Of a stretch of 64,000 nucleotides of DNA, positions 26,901-38,869 are shown piece by piece. The notes beneath the pieces are model-generated. The model was not told where the DNA came from. It did no database searches and was given only the letters and a program-made list of their open reading frames with translations. The DNA is from Dipteris shenzhenensis (Eukaryota), in the NCBI GenBank assembly GCA_047967505.1, contig CM106538.1. One strand, written 5' to 3'. Positions within the stretch are counted from its first letter, which is position 1; every line of letters begins with the position of its first letter. A program made the translations under genes and the position numbers.

Positions 26901-27715
26901 CATGCGACCTTGGTTTCATTGGATTGATCTCCACCCACTCGGCATGCAGCATCAAAATGTTGGAGGAATCACCCCTACCATTATATTTGGGAAGCTCGAG
27001 TTTGCCCAGGGGATGCCTGCCTTGATTGTTATTATTGTTGCAAAATTGTTGCAATTGTTAAAAAAATTATTCCCCTCCACTTCGAATTCAAGATCCCCAT
27101 CATCATCGATGACTCCTGGCCATGTTGTGTCATGTTGGAGTCAAAGGGATCTCCTGAATTTCAGGGGGGGAATTGGGGTAGAGGGTTGTTGAAGGCATTG
27201 GCCGTAGTAAAGTTGTATGTAGATTTGGTGAGCATAGTTGTCAGACGCGTTGGCTGGAGCGTAGCTATATGCAGATTTGGCGAGAGGTGGAACGGGTGTC
27301 TCTGCCACAATTACTGGTGTTGATGTAGTTGTGTTAGGGGGGTTAGATATGTGTTAGTGTTGTAGGGACCATCATGTTAATAATGTGCCTAGGATTGTCC
27401 CACGTGTGTAGGGAAATGTGTCGGTGCACACGGATCGTCAATTGGAGGTCAGGGTGAAAATTTATGAGCGAATTAGTGCAAAAAGAGGCCCACATGGGGG
27501 CACAAAATAATGAGTGCTAGGGATGCCAAAATGGTGTGCAATGGGTTAGAAAAATGACCCGTAGCATGATGTTTTTGTGTGTGAAACCGTGGTTCAAACG
27601 GGGTCTAGTTTGGGTCCCAAATGGATGAGTTATGATGTGTTGTAGTAGTAAAATGTGGTCTTTTTTGGTTTGGGGGGGGGGTCCTTAGCCTTAAGTCTAG
27701 TGTGAATGGACTTTA

Positions 27716-30700
27716 TGTGAAGATAGTGGGAGAGAGGGAAGGAGTCTCACTTGCGACTTTCTCACATACACAATGGGGGAATACACACAAAGGTGGAGGC
27801 TGAAAACAGTTTTCCTCTTCTTAGTTATGAAAGCCAAAAGAACTCTAGTACACAGAAATAGAAGAACCCTATATGTGGGTCTCAAACCAAACTCAGCTAG
27901 CTAAGGTGGCATACTAACTGAGCCATGAACTAGAGTACATAAGGATAGCTGTCATCTAGTATTATTCATGGGCGGTGTACCAACTGCATCTGCACCTAAC
28001 AAGTCGGTGACATAAATGCACAACGGTCACCCTGGCATATCATGTGTGGAGCTCGATATCTCAACACTCCCCCTCGAGCTCAATCCCAATTCCTGCACAC
28101 CAAGCAAGTCTCTGAACTTGTTCAGCTTCTCTGCACCCAATGCCTTTGTGAATATGTGAGCTACTTGATCCTCTATGTTGACATAAACTAGATCAATAAG
28201 ACCTAGTAAAACCTTCTCCCGCACATAGTGATAATGCACCTCAATGTGCTTTGTTCTAGCATGATAGACTGGGTTATTTGCCAAGTGTATACTGCTCATG
28301 TTGTCACAATAAATGACAACTGGCCCATCTGTAGATTGATGCATATCATAACGTAGCTTATGCAACCAAGCTACCTCACATGCAGCCATTGCTGCACCCT
28401 TGTACTCAGCCTCTGTCCTCGACAAGGCAACTGTAGGCTGTATCTTGTTGCTCCAAGTGACTGCAGCACTGCCAAAAGAGAACACATATCCACTGGTAAA
28501 TCATCTATCAAAAATACTACCAGCCCAATCAGCATCAGTGTATCCATGCAACTGTATCTGAACCCCAATCTCATAAAATAGTCCATACTGCAATGTGGAC
28601 TTCACATACCTGAGTATGCGTCTAGCCACATCCAAATGTGGTTTCCTTGGAGCCTGCATAAACTGACTTACCAATCCAACAGACAGCTCAAATCTGGCCT
28701 GGTAATAGTCATATAAATCAAACTTCCTACTATGCGTCTGTACATAGTAGGGTCTTCCAGAAGCTCACCTACATCTGCATTCAGCTTCACATTCTACTCC
28801 AAAGGAACTGAAATAGGCCTACAGCCTATCATCCCATATTTGAACAGCATATGCAATCCATATTGCCTCTGCAAGAGCCGTATCCCACTTGGTGATCTAA
28901 TCACCTCAATGCCCAAGAAATAACGCAACTCTCCCAAATCCTTCATCTCAAACTTTTGCTTTAATAGCATTTTCACATGAAGGATATCTTCATCAGTATC
29001 ACCTGTGATGATCAAATCATGAACATAAATGACAAGCAGCATAATACCTTTCTCTGTTTTTCTCACATAAAGTGAGAAATCTGCCTTGGAAATCTGAAAG
29101 CCAATAGTGACAAGATACTATCCTATCTTGTCAGACCATGCTCTAGGTGCTTGCTTCAAGCCATACAAGGCTTTCTTCAACCTGCAAACAAACTCAGGAT
29201 GAACAGCATGAACATAACCTGGTGGCTGCTCCATAAAGACCTCTTCTTGCAAATCACCATCCAAGAAGGCATTCTTTACATCCATCTGATGTAAAGACCA
29301 TCCCTTTAATGCAGCCATAGCAATGACTGCTCTTACGGTTGCCATCCTTGCAACCGGACTGAATGTTTCTTCATAATCAATGCCATATGTCTATGCATAC
29401 CCCTTGACAACTAATCTTGCCTTGTATCTGTTCACAGAACCATCTGCATTGTGCTTGATCTTATAAACCCACTTACAGCCAATTGCATTCTTGTCTTTAG
29501 GCAAAGGCACCGATTCCCATGTAGCATTTGCTTCCAAGGCATCCATTTCTTCATCCATGGCTTTCTCCCATTTTTCTTTTCCCATGGCTTGCTCAAAAGA
29601 AGTGGGTTCTAGTTCCTGTATCACTTTGACTATATAGGCATAGTGAATGGCTGTAAATCCATCATATTTCAGCCTATCCACAGGATACCTAGTTCTGGTA
29701 GACCTGTGCAAAATAGGCTCATTTCTAGGTGCACTCAAAACATCCCTAGTCTCCCTTACTCTAGGTGTAACAATAGAAGGAATACCCAACTCATCATCAA
29801 TGCTATGTTTTGAGCCACTAGATTCACCATCCACATAAGAGTGACCTGCATTCCTTTTTGTAATATCTGCATACCACTATCTGCATTGCTTTGAGGAGAT
29901 TTCCTTGATCTCAATCTGCCTATCCATGGTGAAGTATGTGAACCACTGCTAGAGGACACTGCAGGTCCACTAATATTTTGTGATTGCTGCTATCAATTCT
30001 GTGCAGCATTACCATTTTGTGCATCTACATCATCAATCACATTTATTGGTTTACACCAACTGCTCATCTCATCAAAAACAACATCTCTGCTCACTGTAAA
30101 CTTACGAGTAGAAGGGTTATAGCATCTATACCCTTTCTGCTGCAGAGAATAACCAATAAAGATGCACTTCTCAGCTTTTGGATCCAACTTGGACCTCAAC
30201 TCATCTGGCACATGAACATAGGCAATGCAACCAAAAATTTTCAAATGAGAAATATTTGGTTTCCTACCAGTATACATCTCCTCTGGTGTCATGCCATGTA
30301 TTGCTGCAATGGGAGTCCTGTTCATTATGTAAACTACTATAGCAACTGCTTCAGCCCAATAATAATATGGTAGGTCTTTTTCATTTAGCATGGCCCGAGA
30401 TACCTCTCCAATATGCCTGTTTTTCCTTTCTGTAAGTCCATTTTGCTGTGGGCTATGACTGCATGAATATTGCTGCTTTATGCCGTGCTCCTATAGGAAC
30501 CTTGCAAACTCATTTGAGAGGTACTCTTCCCCTCCATCTGACCTTAGGCATTTTATTTGCAGGCCTGTTTCTTTTTCAACCATAGCTTTAAGCTTTGAAA
30601 TGCCCAAACACTTCACTTTTCTTTTTCATAAAGTACACCCAAACTTATCTGCTGTAGTCATCAATAAAAGTGACAAAATAATGACAACCACCAATAGATA

Positions 30701-33192
30701 CAGCTTTAGTAGTCCACACATTTGAGTGGATTAATTCCAATGGCTTCTTACTCTCTTGAACATGTCTAGGAAATGGTTTCCTTGCCTGTTTTTCAAATTG
30801 ACATGCTTCACATACCTTATGCATTTCTACAACCTTGAATTTAGGCAATCCTGCAACAATATTTTGGGCCTGCATTGATTTAAGTCACTGTACATTAACA
30901 TGACCAATGCGTTTATGCCAGATATCAATATTTGCAACTACATTGGTCCCATGTGCAAACATTGTTGCACTCAATTCAAACATGTCCGCGTCCAACGTAA
31001 ACATCCTACCCTTCTTCTTTCCTTTTGCTATCAAGCGACCGTTATTTTTCATATCCTCAACAAAGCATCCATGAGGATTAAATCTGACATGCAAGCCCTG
31101 CTCAATGATTTGACCAATAGAAACCAGGGTCTTGGTGATATTCGGGACATGAAATACATTAGACAGGTATTTCTTTTTCCCATTCTGCATAGACAAAGGA
31201 ATTTTACCAATTTGCAGAATAGGATGTGCAGTTTCATCACCAGTCTCCACAAATCCTGGGTTTTCAATTTTCCTTGCATCCTGCATCTATTCTGCATGAC
31301 CTGTCATGTGGTTTGATGCACCTGAGTCAACATACCACACATCATTGCTTTCTTCTGCACTTGTCATAGAATTGGTCATGTGCTGCACCATAAACAGATG
31401 CTCATTTTTGTCATCACCTTGTCTACTAGAAGATGCATAATTTCCTTGCTGCAATTTCCCATTCATGATGTCATTCTGCTTTTTATAGCAATCTTTAGCC
31501 ATATGACCCATTTTACCATAGTAGTAGCATTCAACATTGCTATTTGCATTTTGGCCTCTTTGCCATCCACCACGACCTCTTTGGCTCCCCCAACCTCTAG
31601 AGTTATCACGTCCTCCTCCACAGGACTGGTTTTCTTGAGTTTGTGCATATTCTGATTTCTACCATGGCCTCCAGATCGGCCTACTCTACCTCTGCCCCTA
31701 CCTTTTCCAGCATTTGAGTAGAAGACAGTTTCTTTTGAAGTTCCTCTTGAAGAAGATGCACCACCATTTCTTTGCTCTTCAAAAATTAGAAGAGCAAACA
31801 ACTCCTCAAAATCAGGAAATTTTCATGGATGGCAATGGATGTCCGGAACTGTGCATAATCCTTTCCTAGACCATTCAAGGTCATAGAAACTAAATCATCA
31901 TCTTCCACTAGTGACCCAATGGAAGCAAGTGCATCTGCAATTTTCTTCACCTTCATGTGGTAGTCATTGATGCTCATATTTTCTCTCTGCACATTGTGCA
32001 ACTCCTACTTGAGCTACATTTTCTTGGCTTGCGTATTTGTGCTGTACATTTTTGCCAAAGTATCCCATGCCTCCTTTGGCGTACTTGCATCCTGAATATT
32101 CACAATCATAGAATCTGAAATACTGATAGATAGCCAATACATAACTTTTTTGGCTCTCTCATGCCATCCTTTAAATGCTTGCATTTCCTATTGATTGGGA
32201 ACATTAGGAAGAACTGGTTCTTCTTCATTTCTTGTAATGAACTCCCAATAGCCTTTTCCCATATGGAAATTCGTCATTCTAAACTTCCATGCTTGGAAGT
32301 TATTCTTGTCAAGATTTTCAGTGGCAATTTGTGAAAGAGAATTAGATGCCATTACAGAACACTGCAAAATATTCTGTCACTACAAAAAACAGCTTCTACC
32401 TCACAAGGACAAATCTGCAAAACTGACGAAAGTGGTATTTGACCACACTGTCACTTCCTAGTGATGATTTTGCATCAACAGGCAATAAGGATGATTCTGT
32501 AACTCCTAATATCTCTGCGCATAGGCATATGATGCGATTTCTGCGGCAACTTTTCACCGACCTACAGAGCAGTGGTCGCACAACAAAAACAGGGCCTTTT
32601 TCTCAGTGCTTGTGGAGAACTTCCACCTCCAAAATGGGCCCCATAGCATATACTGCCCTCTCGCCACACCGTGAAAGGTGTCTCAATCTGAGACAATGCA
32701 CTCTTGCACTTTCTGACTGTGCTACCTGCAGAGATTTGCTCCCAAACTCGAAAAAGGAAAGCAACACTGGTCCTCTTACCAGGACACCGTGAACTTGGTT
32801 TGCTTTATTGAGCTCCTTACCACGAACCAGGCTCTGATACCATGTGAAGATAGTGGGAGAGAGGGAAGGAGTCTCACTTGCGGCTTTCTCACATACACAA
32901 TGGTGGGATACATACAAAGGTGGAGGCTGAAAACAATTTTCCTCTTCTTAGTTATGAAAGCCAAAAGAACTCTAGTACAAAGAAATAGAAGAACCCTATA
33001 TGTGGGTCTCAAACCAAACTCAGCTAACTAAGGTGGCATACTAACTGAGCCACGAACTAGTACATAAGGATAGCTATCATCTAGCTATTATTCATGGGCA
33101 GTGTACCAACCACATTTGTAGCTAACAAGTCGGTGACATTAATGCACAACGGTCACCCTGGCATATCACGAGTGGAGCTCAATATCTCAACA
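27716..33192 (-). mobile_element. Full-length but decayed Ty1/copia LTR retrotransposon (5.5 kb, compact Ale/Ivana-like size)
   Basis: LTRs 27716-28066 and 32843-33192 (TG...CA) with a 5-bp TSD CTTTA. tRNA-iMet PBS TGGTATCAGAGC at 32842-32831 and PPT GAGGGGGAG at 28075-28067. Domain order gag-PR (WYVDSGASNH)-INT-RT (QMDVKNAFL)-RH (IYCDN, RTKHIEVHYH). Confidence 0.97.
28027..32352 (-). pseudogene. Copia gag-pol polyprotein with multiple stops and frameshifts
   Basis: Collinear ORF fragments run from 32001 down to 28027. The probable ATG is at 32352 (MASNSLSQIATENLDKNNFQAWKF). Confidence 0.9.
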
Positions 33193-36100
33193 CTTTAGTG
33201 GGTAACTGAACTAGGTTGGTTAGCCGAACTGGCTAGTTATCCTAACTATCTAGTTACTCTAGCTATTAGTTAGAGTAACTAGGTCAATTTAACTTAGTTA
33301 GTTTAGTTATCCTAACTAGACAGTTAGTTTGACTCAGTTAGTTCATCTAACTTAACTATAGTTTACCTAACTAAATAAGAGTAGCTAACCTATAGTTACA
33401 CTAACTTGGGGCTAGTAAAACAAACCTAACTTAACCAAATGCTAACCTAACTAATCCACTAACCTAACCTAGGTTAGTGCTTAGGCTACTTTAGGTTAGG
33501 TCCTTTAAAAAAAAAAAGATATTTAAAAAAACGGGGGAGCCATGTCGGGTAGTGGCCGTCGGGAGGAGGGGGAGGGGGGAGCTGTCATGGCCGAGGAGGA
33601 GAGGGTGGAGAGTGGTGAGAGGGGAGGTAAGGAGGGGATGTAGGGGAGGGTGGAGTGGATCGAGAGGAAGAGCGGAGCAGAGGAGGCCAGCCAAGGTGGG
33701 GCAGAGTTGTGGCATGGGCAGAGGCACAGGTGGAGTGGAGGCATTGCTGTGGGCATTAGGCATCGCGAGCAAGTGTAGGAGGGAGGGGCGAGGTATCGCC
33801 TATGTGGCAGGCATCGTCGCCCTATGTTGGTAGTTTTGCCTAGGGTGGGCGGCTCTATAAGGCCTTGGTCCAAGGGCATTAGGCCATTAAAGGGTGTTAG
33901 GGAGGGGGGGGTTAGGGGCAGGGTGGAGAGGGGGGGCGGGGGGAATTGAGGGGGGGGAAAGGGGGAGGGAAAAGAGGGGGGGGAAAGGGGAGGGGGGGGG
34001 AAGGGAAGGGGGGGGGGGTGAGGAAACAGGGGGGGGAATGGGGGGGCGGTAAAGGAGGGGTGGGGATGGAGGGGGGGTGGAAGGGAGAGGGCTGGAGGAG
34101 GGGGGCAGGGAAATGGAGGGGGGAGGGAGGGGGGGTGGAAGGGAGAGGGTTGGAGGGGGGGGGGGAGGAAGAGGGGGGGGGATGGAAGGGGGGGGGGGGG
34201 GCAGGGAGAAGGTGGAGGGGGGGGGAGGGGGGTGGTGGAGTGAGAGGGTGGGATGGTGAAAACTTGACGTACGAAAATTCAAAGGGAGGAGGAGATGCTC
34301 ACCTTAACACTCTCCAAGTCTTTCTTGATGTAACAGGATTGTTGAGGGTGAATCTGCATGTAGGAATTATAAAACATTCTCTCTCTACATGTAGAACTTG
34401 CATATAGAAGTTGAATGTAGGAGTTGCATGTAGGAATCACATGTAGGACTTGCATGTAGAACATGCATGTAGAAGTTGTAAGTAGAACTTACATGTTGAG
34501 GATTCCTAAGAGATTATTCCTAGCCTTATGCAAGTACAAGTGGAGCTTTGCCGCTACTCTACACACACATTCTGTGCTACACCTAAGTCCATGTTGGCAT
34601 AGAGACAACAAAGAACTTCTTTCAACAATGTATTACTCTTCTCTTTGGCACAAGCTTGTTGAGATTATGGCCTCCACTGATCCTTTCCTTCTCCCTATGC
34701 TAGAGTACAACATCACTTGGGATGTTACCATCTTTATTCTAATCTAAGATAGGAAAGTATGGCATGGTATCTTGGCATAAAAGATTTGTTTTATTTTTCC
34801 TTTTTCGGTGATAAAGATCTCTGTCACTTAGTTTGAAAGTAGTAGGAAGTGAAGAGGTGCGTGAAGTTTATTACCCCCAACTTCATGTCATAGTGGTTTA
34901 AAAACATTGATATTTGTTGGTATTGGTATTTAGATTCAACCTAAAATGGAATAAGTTGAAAATCTGCAATCTGTGCATGTGCAAAGATATTTTAATGAAT
35001 CCAACACTATTTACAATTTAAAATTGTTTCTTTTTCCATGCACTTGCTTAATATATGGCTTATAAGCATGACAAAGGTCATTGCATTTCATAATACACAA
35101 CATCAAACCCGATAGCATGTGCTTTGGTTTATTTTTGAAGCATTTGAGGCTACATTGCACTTGTTTAGGATATCCAGTTCTATTCGGATGCGTATTATCG
35201 GAGGGTGGAAAACAAACGATGGCTGAAAATTTTGCTACTTGTGTGAATTTCAAATTTTCACACCTCCCGCCCATCAAATCTTGGTAGATTAATTACCTAC
35301 AACCTATCCCCACCCTGCAAATGCCCTACAATCTGCAAGCACCTCAACATGACCTTAGCAGACTTTGGTTTGTCATTGTCTTCTTTCAGGTAAGGTGTCT
35401 TCTATTCTTTGCTTTCCTCACCAGCTAGCTTCTCTGGGTCTATTCTAGATTTATCGTGGCCATGGCATCACTGGCAACATGTGGCTCGCCATGGTTTGCA
35501 AGAGAAGCAGACAAAGGCTATGAGATAGGAAAGTTCAAAAGCCATAAGGAATAGATTGCGGGTTGAGGAAAGCATTGGCACGGTATTGAAACAACAATGA
35601 AAGACACTTTTGCAACATTTGCAAAGAGAGAAATAGTGAGAATAAAGAAGACTCCTTGCAGAGCAATAATAGGAATCAGTTGTAGATGCACGCATTTGAT
35701 CATTGCCATCGGAGCAAAGAACACGAGCTGTGGTGTTACGATTGGTGGGAGCATTCCAAGCCATTTAAGTGAATACTAGTCTCGAGTCTTCACAAGGCTT
35801 GCGCCCTAAAGTTCGTAGAGTAACAACCCTACCAGTACCTCGGAAGATGCACACCTAAGAGGCGATGCTCTCTAACCTGAGAAATGGCCTATAGAAAGTG
35901 AAAGGGGTTGCACAGCTTAGATCAACTTGCTACAAAGAGGGCAACATTAGCTATGTTGGTGTCCCCTGAAACAAAGGAGAAATAGCTTGTGCACACAATG
36001 TTGAAGATGTTGTTAATCAGAAGGACCAACGTGGGTCCAACGATTGAACGTAGAGCAGAAGCAATGCACAATCAATCTAATCCGAGAAGTCTATGGGCTT

Positions 36101-36377
36101 CAATAGAACACAAGAAAAGGAGAGACATCCTAAGTGCATGGAATTCATTGCTACAGTGACGATGTTTTGGCACAAAAATACATGGTTTTTCCAAATAGAA
36201 AGGACATCTGTAAAAAGCGAGTGGGATGCAAGGTGGTTTAGGAGTACATCATACACATGCTTGATACAACGTAGGTCACTAGTGACTAAACGAGCCTGGG
36301 GGTTGTTTGTGATTGAGATTTGGGATAGTTTACTGGTTTCATTTTTTAAACCAGGCTTGGACTAAATGAGATTGTTT

Positions 36378-36860
36378 TAAACTAGCCCAATGGTTAAAAC
36401 ATCGTACAACTGTAGGCTGGTTCAGTTCAATCACCAGCTATGTGATTGTCCTGAACCTACGTGGTTGAACAGACATTAGTTGTTGACCAGCTTGGTGGTG
36501 TGGTTGAGCAAAAATTAATAGCAGTATATTTCACAATAGAAAAGCAATATATTGTTATTTTACTAAACCAACCTGATGGTTGGAACATCATGCAATCGTG
36601 GCTGGTTCAACACAATCACTAGTTATGTGACTATCCTGAACCATCATGGTTGAACAAACATTAGTTGTTGATTAGCTCGATGGCGTGGTTGAGCAAAAAT
36701 TAACAACAATATATTTTGCAACATAACAATATATTGTTATTTTACTAAACCAGCCTGGTGGTGGGACCATCATGCAACTGTGGCTACTTCAGCTCAATCA
36801 CTGATCACTAGTTATGTGCTTGTCCTGAACCAGTGTGGTTGAACAGACATTAGTTATTGA
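36378..36860 (+). repeat. ~183 bp tandem repeat, ~2.6 copies, followed by shorter GGTGGTTGAAATTGTGA repeats up to ~37340
   Basis: Units start near 36378, 36564 and 36747 and share GGTTGAACA.ACATTAGTT.TTGA. The two complete units also share CAATATATTGTTATTTTACTAAACC. Confidence 0.85.
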
Positions 36861-37499
36861 GGGTCCTAGTGGTTGAAATTACTATGTTTCTTATAGTACT
36901 TAAATTAGTTAAATTTAATTTCTTGCTATTTGAGTCATATACCACTTAATTTCTAGACCAAGATGGCTTGGACTTAATGTGATTGTCCTAAATGAGTCTG
37001 GTGCTAGTTCAAGACAAACATCAGTTTATGGATTGAATTTGTGATTAAAATTGTGAAATTTAGAAATGAAAGAAATATAGCGTTATTTTCTAATTGTGAA
37101 GTTCAGAAATGAAAAGCAATAGAGTTGTTACTATCTAATATGTGAAGCTAAGAGACTGTCACCTAAACTTGCCTGGTGGTTGAAATTGTGATTGTCCTAA
37201 ACCAACCCGGTAGTTGAAATTGTGACCCCGTCCTAAATGTGTCCTAAACCAACCTGGTGGTGGACTGTCCTAAACGTGTCCTAAACCAGCCTAGTGATTG
37301 AAATTGTGACTAGCCTAAGCTAGCATGGTGGTTGAATAATATTTTGCTTCATTATATACTTTAATTAGACTGTGTTTTTGCGTGTACTATGTTTTGTCTT
37401 GTTCTAGTAGTGCAAAAAGTGGGCTCACTGTACTCAGTGTACTTTTGTTCCATTTAAAAGAGGGCTCATAGTCCTATTGTTCCTGATGTTGGGTTAGCA

Positions 37500-38465
37500 G
37501 ACGGAGTTGTATCTCAAGTTTGTGGATCAGAGGCCTGATACTTTAATTGGGTAGAGGAGCTTTGAGCATTGTAAGCCTTGGTACATCAGGAAACTCAAAG
37601 ATAGGAATGTTTGTTGTTGTAAAACACACAGACTTTGATATGGCCCAGCAAGCTATGAATGACTTGAGATCTAGTCGTGTTAGAGAATTGCTCCATGGGG
37701 ATCAATGCCCATGTCTCCCCAATGAATGCACAATCTGTAGGCCACTTGGATCCTCATCATGTGTTGCAAGGGAGAGCAGGCTTTGTAGCCTAACATCTCT
37801 ATGGGAGCCAGTGGTTTGTCCAAAGGGAGACCATGAGTGGCATCAGATGGAATGCATTTGTGGCACATGCATTGCAGTCTAAAGCTGAAGAAGAAGACAT
37901 CTCATGTCTATCCAAATAAAATGAGGGAAGATAACCATGTTGCTCTAAAATGGAGGAGATTTGAAAATGTCAATGTTGAAGGATCCGATAAAAAGAGATG
38001 GCTACTATCGCATAAGAGCACTCAACCAAGGGAGTTATAGGTCACATGGTTCAATCCATCCCAAAATATGTGCTTCACAATTTCATGGCTAGCTGCTAGC
38101 AGGATAAGCAGTTCAGGACATGACTTGCCAAATTTCCCCATGGCACTATTATCTCTATCATAGATTTTGCTGAAAATTACTCATTTCAAGAACTATGAGA
38201 TACAAAGTGCTCACTCGTACAACAAGCAGATAACAATTTGTGTGCATATCACATACTCCACAGGCATGTATTCAACATATAGTAAACAAATCCTTAAGAA
38301 TAGTGTAGTACATAGAGTGCTCCATGAAGTGAAAGTGGATGAAGTGCAAAGGAGAAGCCGGCACAATTGTGAGAAAATTAAAGGAGTTCATGGTCTGCAC
38401 ATCATATAGGGCTTTTTAAACAACGAACTGATTAAAAGAAAAATTTCTTGTTTCTATAGTGCATG
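37500..38465 (+). pseudogene. Decayed DDE transposase, Sola2-like
   Basis: Manual translation gives CPKGDHEWHQMECICGTC, LKWRRFE, YVLHNFMA..QDKQFR..L.KFPHGTIISIIDFAENYSFQ, EIQSAHSYNKQITICVHITY and KRKISCFYSAC. The DF(A/S)ENY..EIQS.H pattern is one I associate with Sola2 transposases. Confidence 0.6.
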
Positions 38466-38869
38466 CAGATTGGTTGGCTAGACTACTTATCACGAAGCAT
38501 GGCCAATAATTTTGTTGTTCCAAGCACAAGGGTGGTTCCCAAAACAAACTAACCCAATGGTTGAAGGTAGCTAGATCGATCTCGACTTACTGTTATAACT
38601 CATAAGCTAGGCTAGTTTAGTAACCGACATGGTGTTGGTTATAGTAGCAATCTTATCAATTGGACTAGTAGACTAGCTTTCGATCCAATGGGTTATCTAG
38701 AGAGGGCTAGCAAGCTAATTATTCAAATCGATAGGTTAGCTCCCAAACCAACCCAACCCATGATTGGATGGCTAGCAAGCTAGCTAGGTTGGTTGGCCAC
38801 TTGCCCCACTAACCATCATGCTAGGTTGCCTTAATAAGCGTCATAGCATTATAGTAGTAAGGTTACGGT

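Larger units (their letters stand above)
25141..34560 (-). mobile_element. Gag-only retroelement-derived insertion in the gypsy 3' LTR; boundaries approximate
   Basis: Retrotransposon gag fragments on - (26938-26598: WFPVALTDEASEWY, LSKLEQGHREDVRTY) and two CCHC knuckles (CHICVVGGHDENSC, CYSCGENHQITEC) end at stop 25786. No pol follows. ~190 bp direct repeats lie at 25484-25677 and 34353-34545. Confidence 0.65.
13368..34892 (+). mobile_element. Degenerate Ty3/gypsy LTR retrotransposon, Tat-like (RT-RH-aRH-INT), with nested insertions
   Basis: 5' LTR 13368-15284 (TGTGAC...TGTCACA). The 3' LTR starts at 24015, is interrupted at ~25140, and resumes at ~34600-34892. Flanks share GTGG. Domains: gag knuckle CYGCNEKGHYRLEC (~16680), protease YIDGGAS (~17190), RT (18090-18700), RH (21800-22190), extra RNase H (22300-22680) and integrase (22855-23900). 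Confidence 0.92.

Noticed and set aside
33887-34407. Proline-rich extensin-like and Gly-rich ORFs (also 25078-25445, 39336-39798, 49863-50190)
   Set aside because: Low-complexity G/C tracts in TE termini, with no signal peptide, splice structure or regular SPPPP periodicity.
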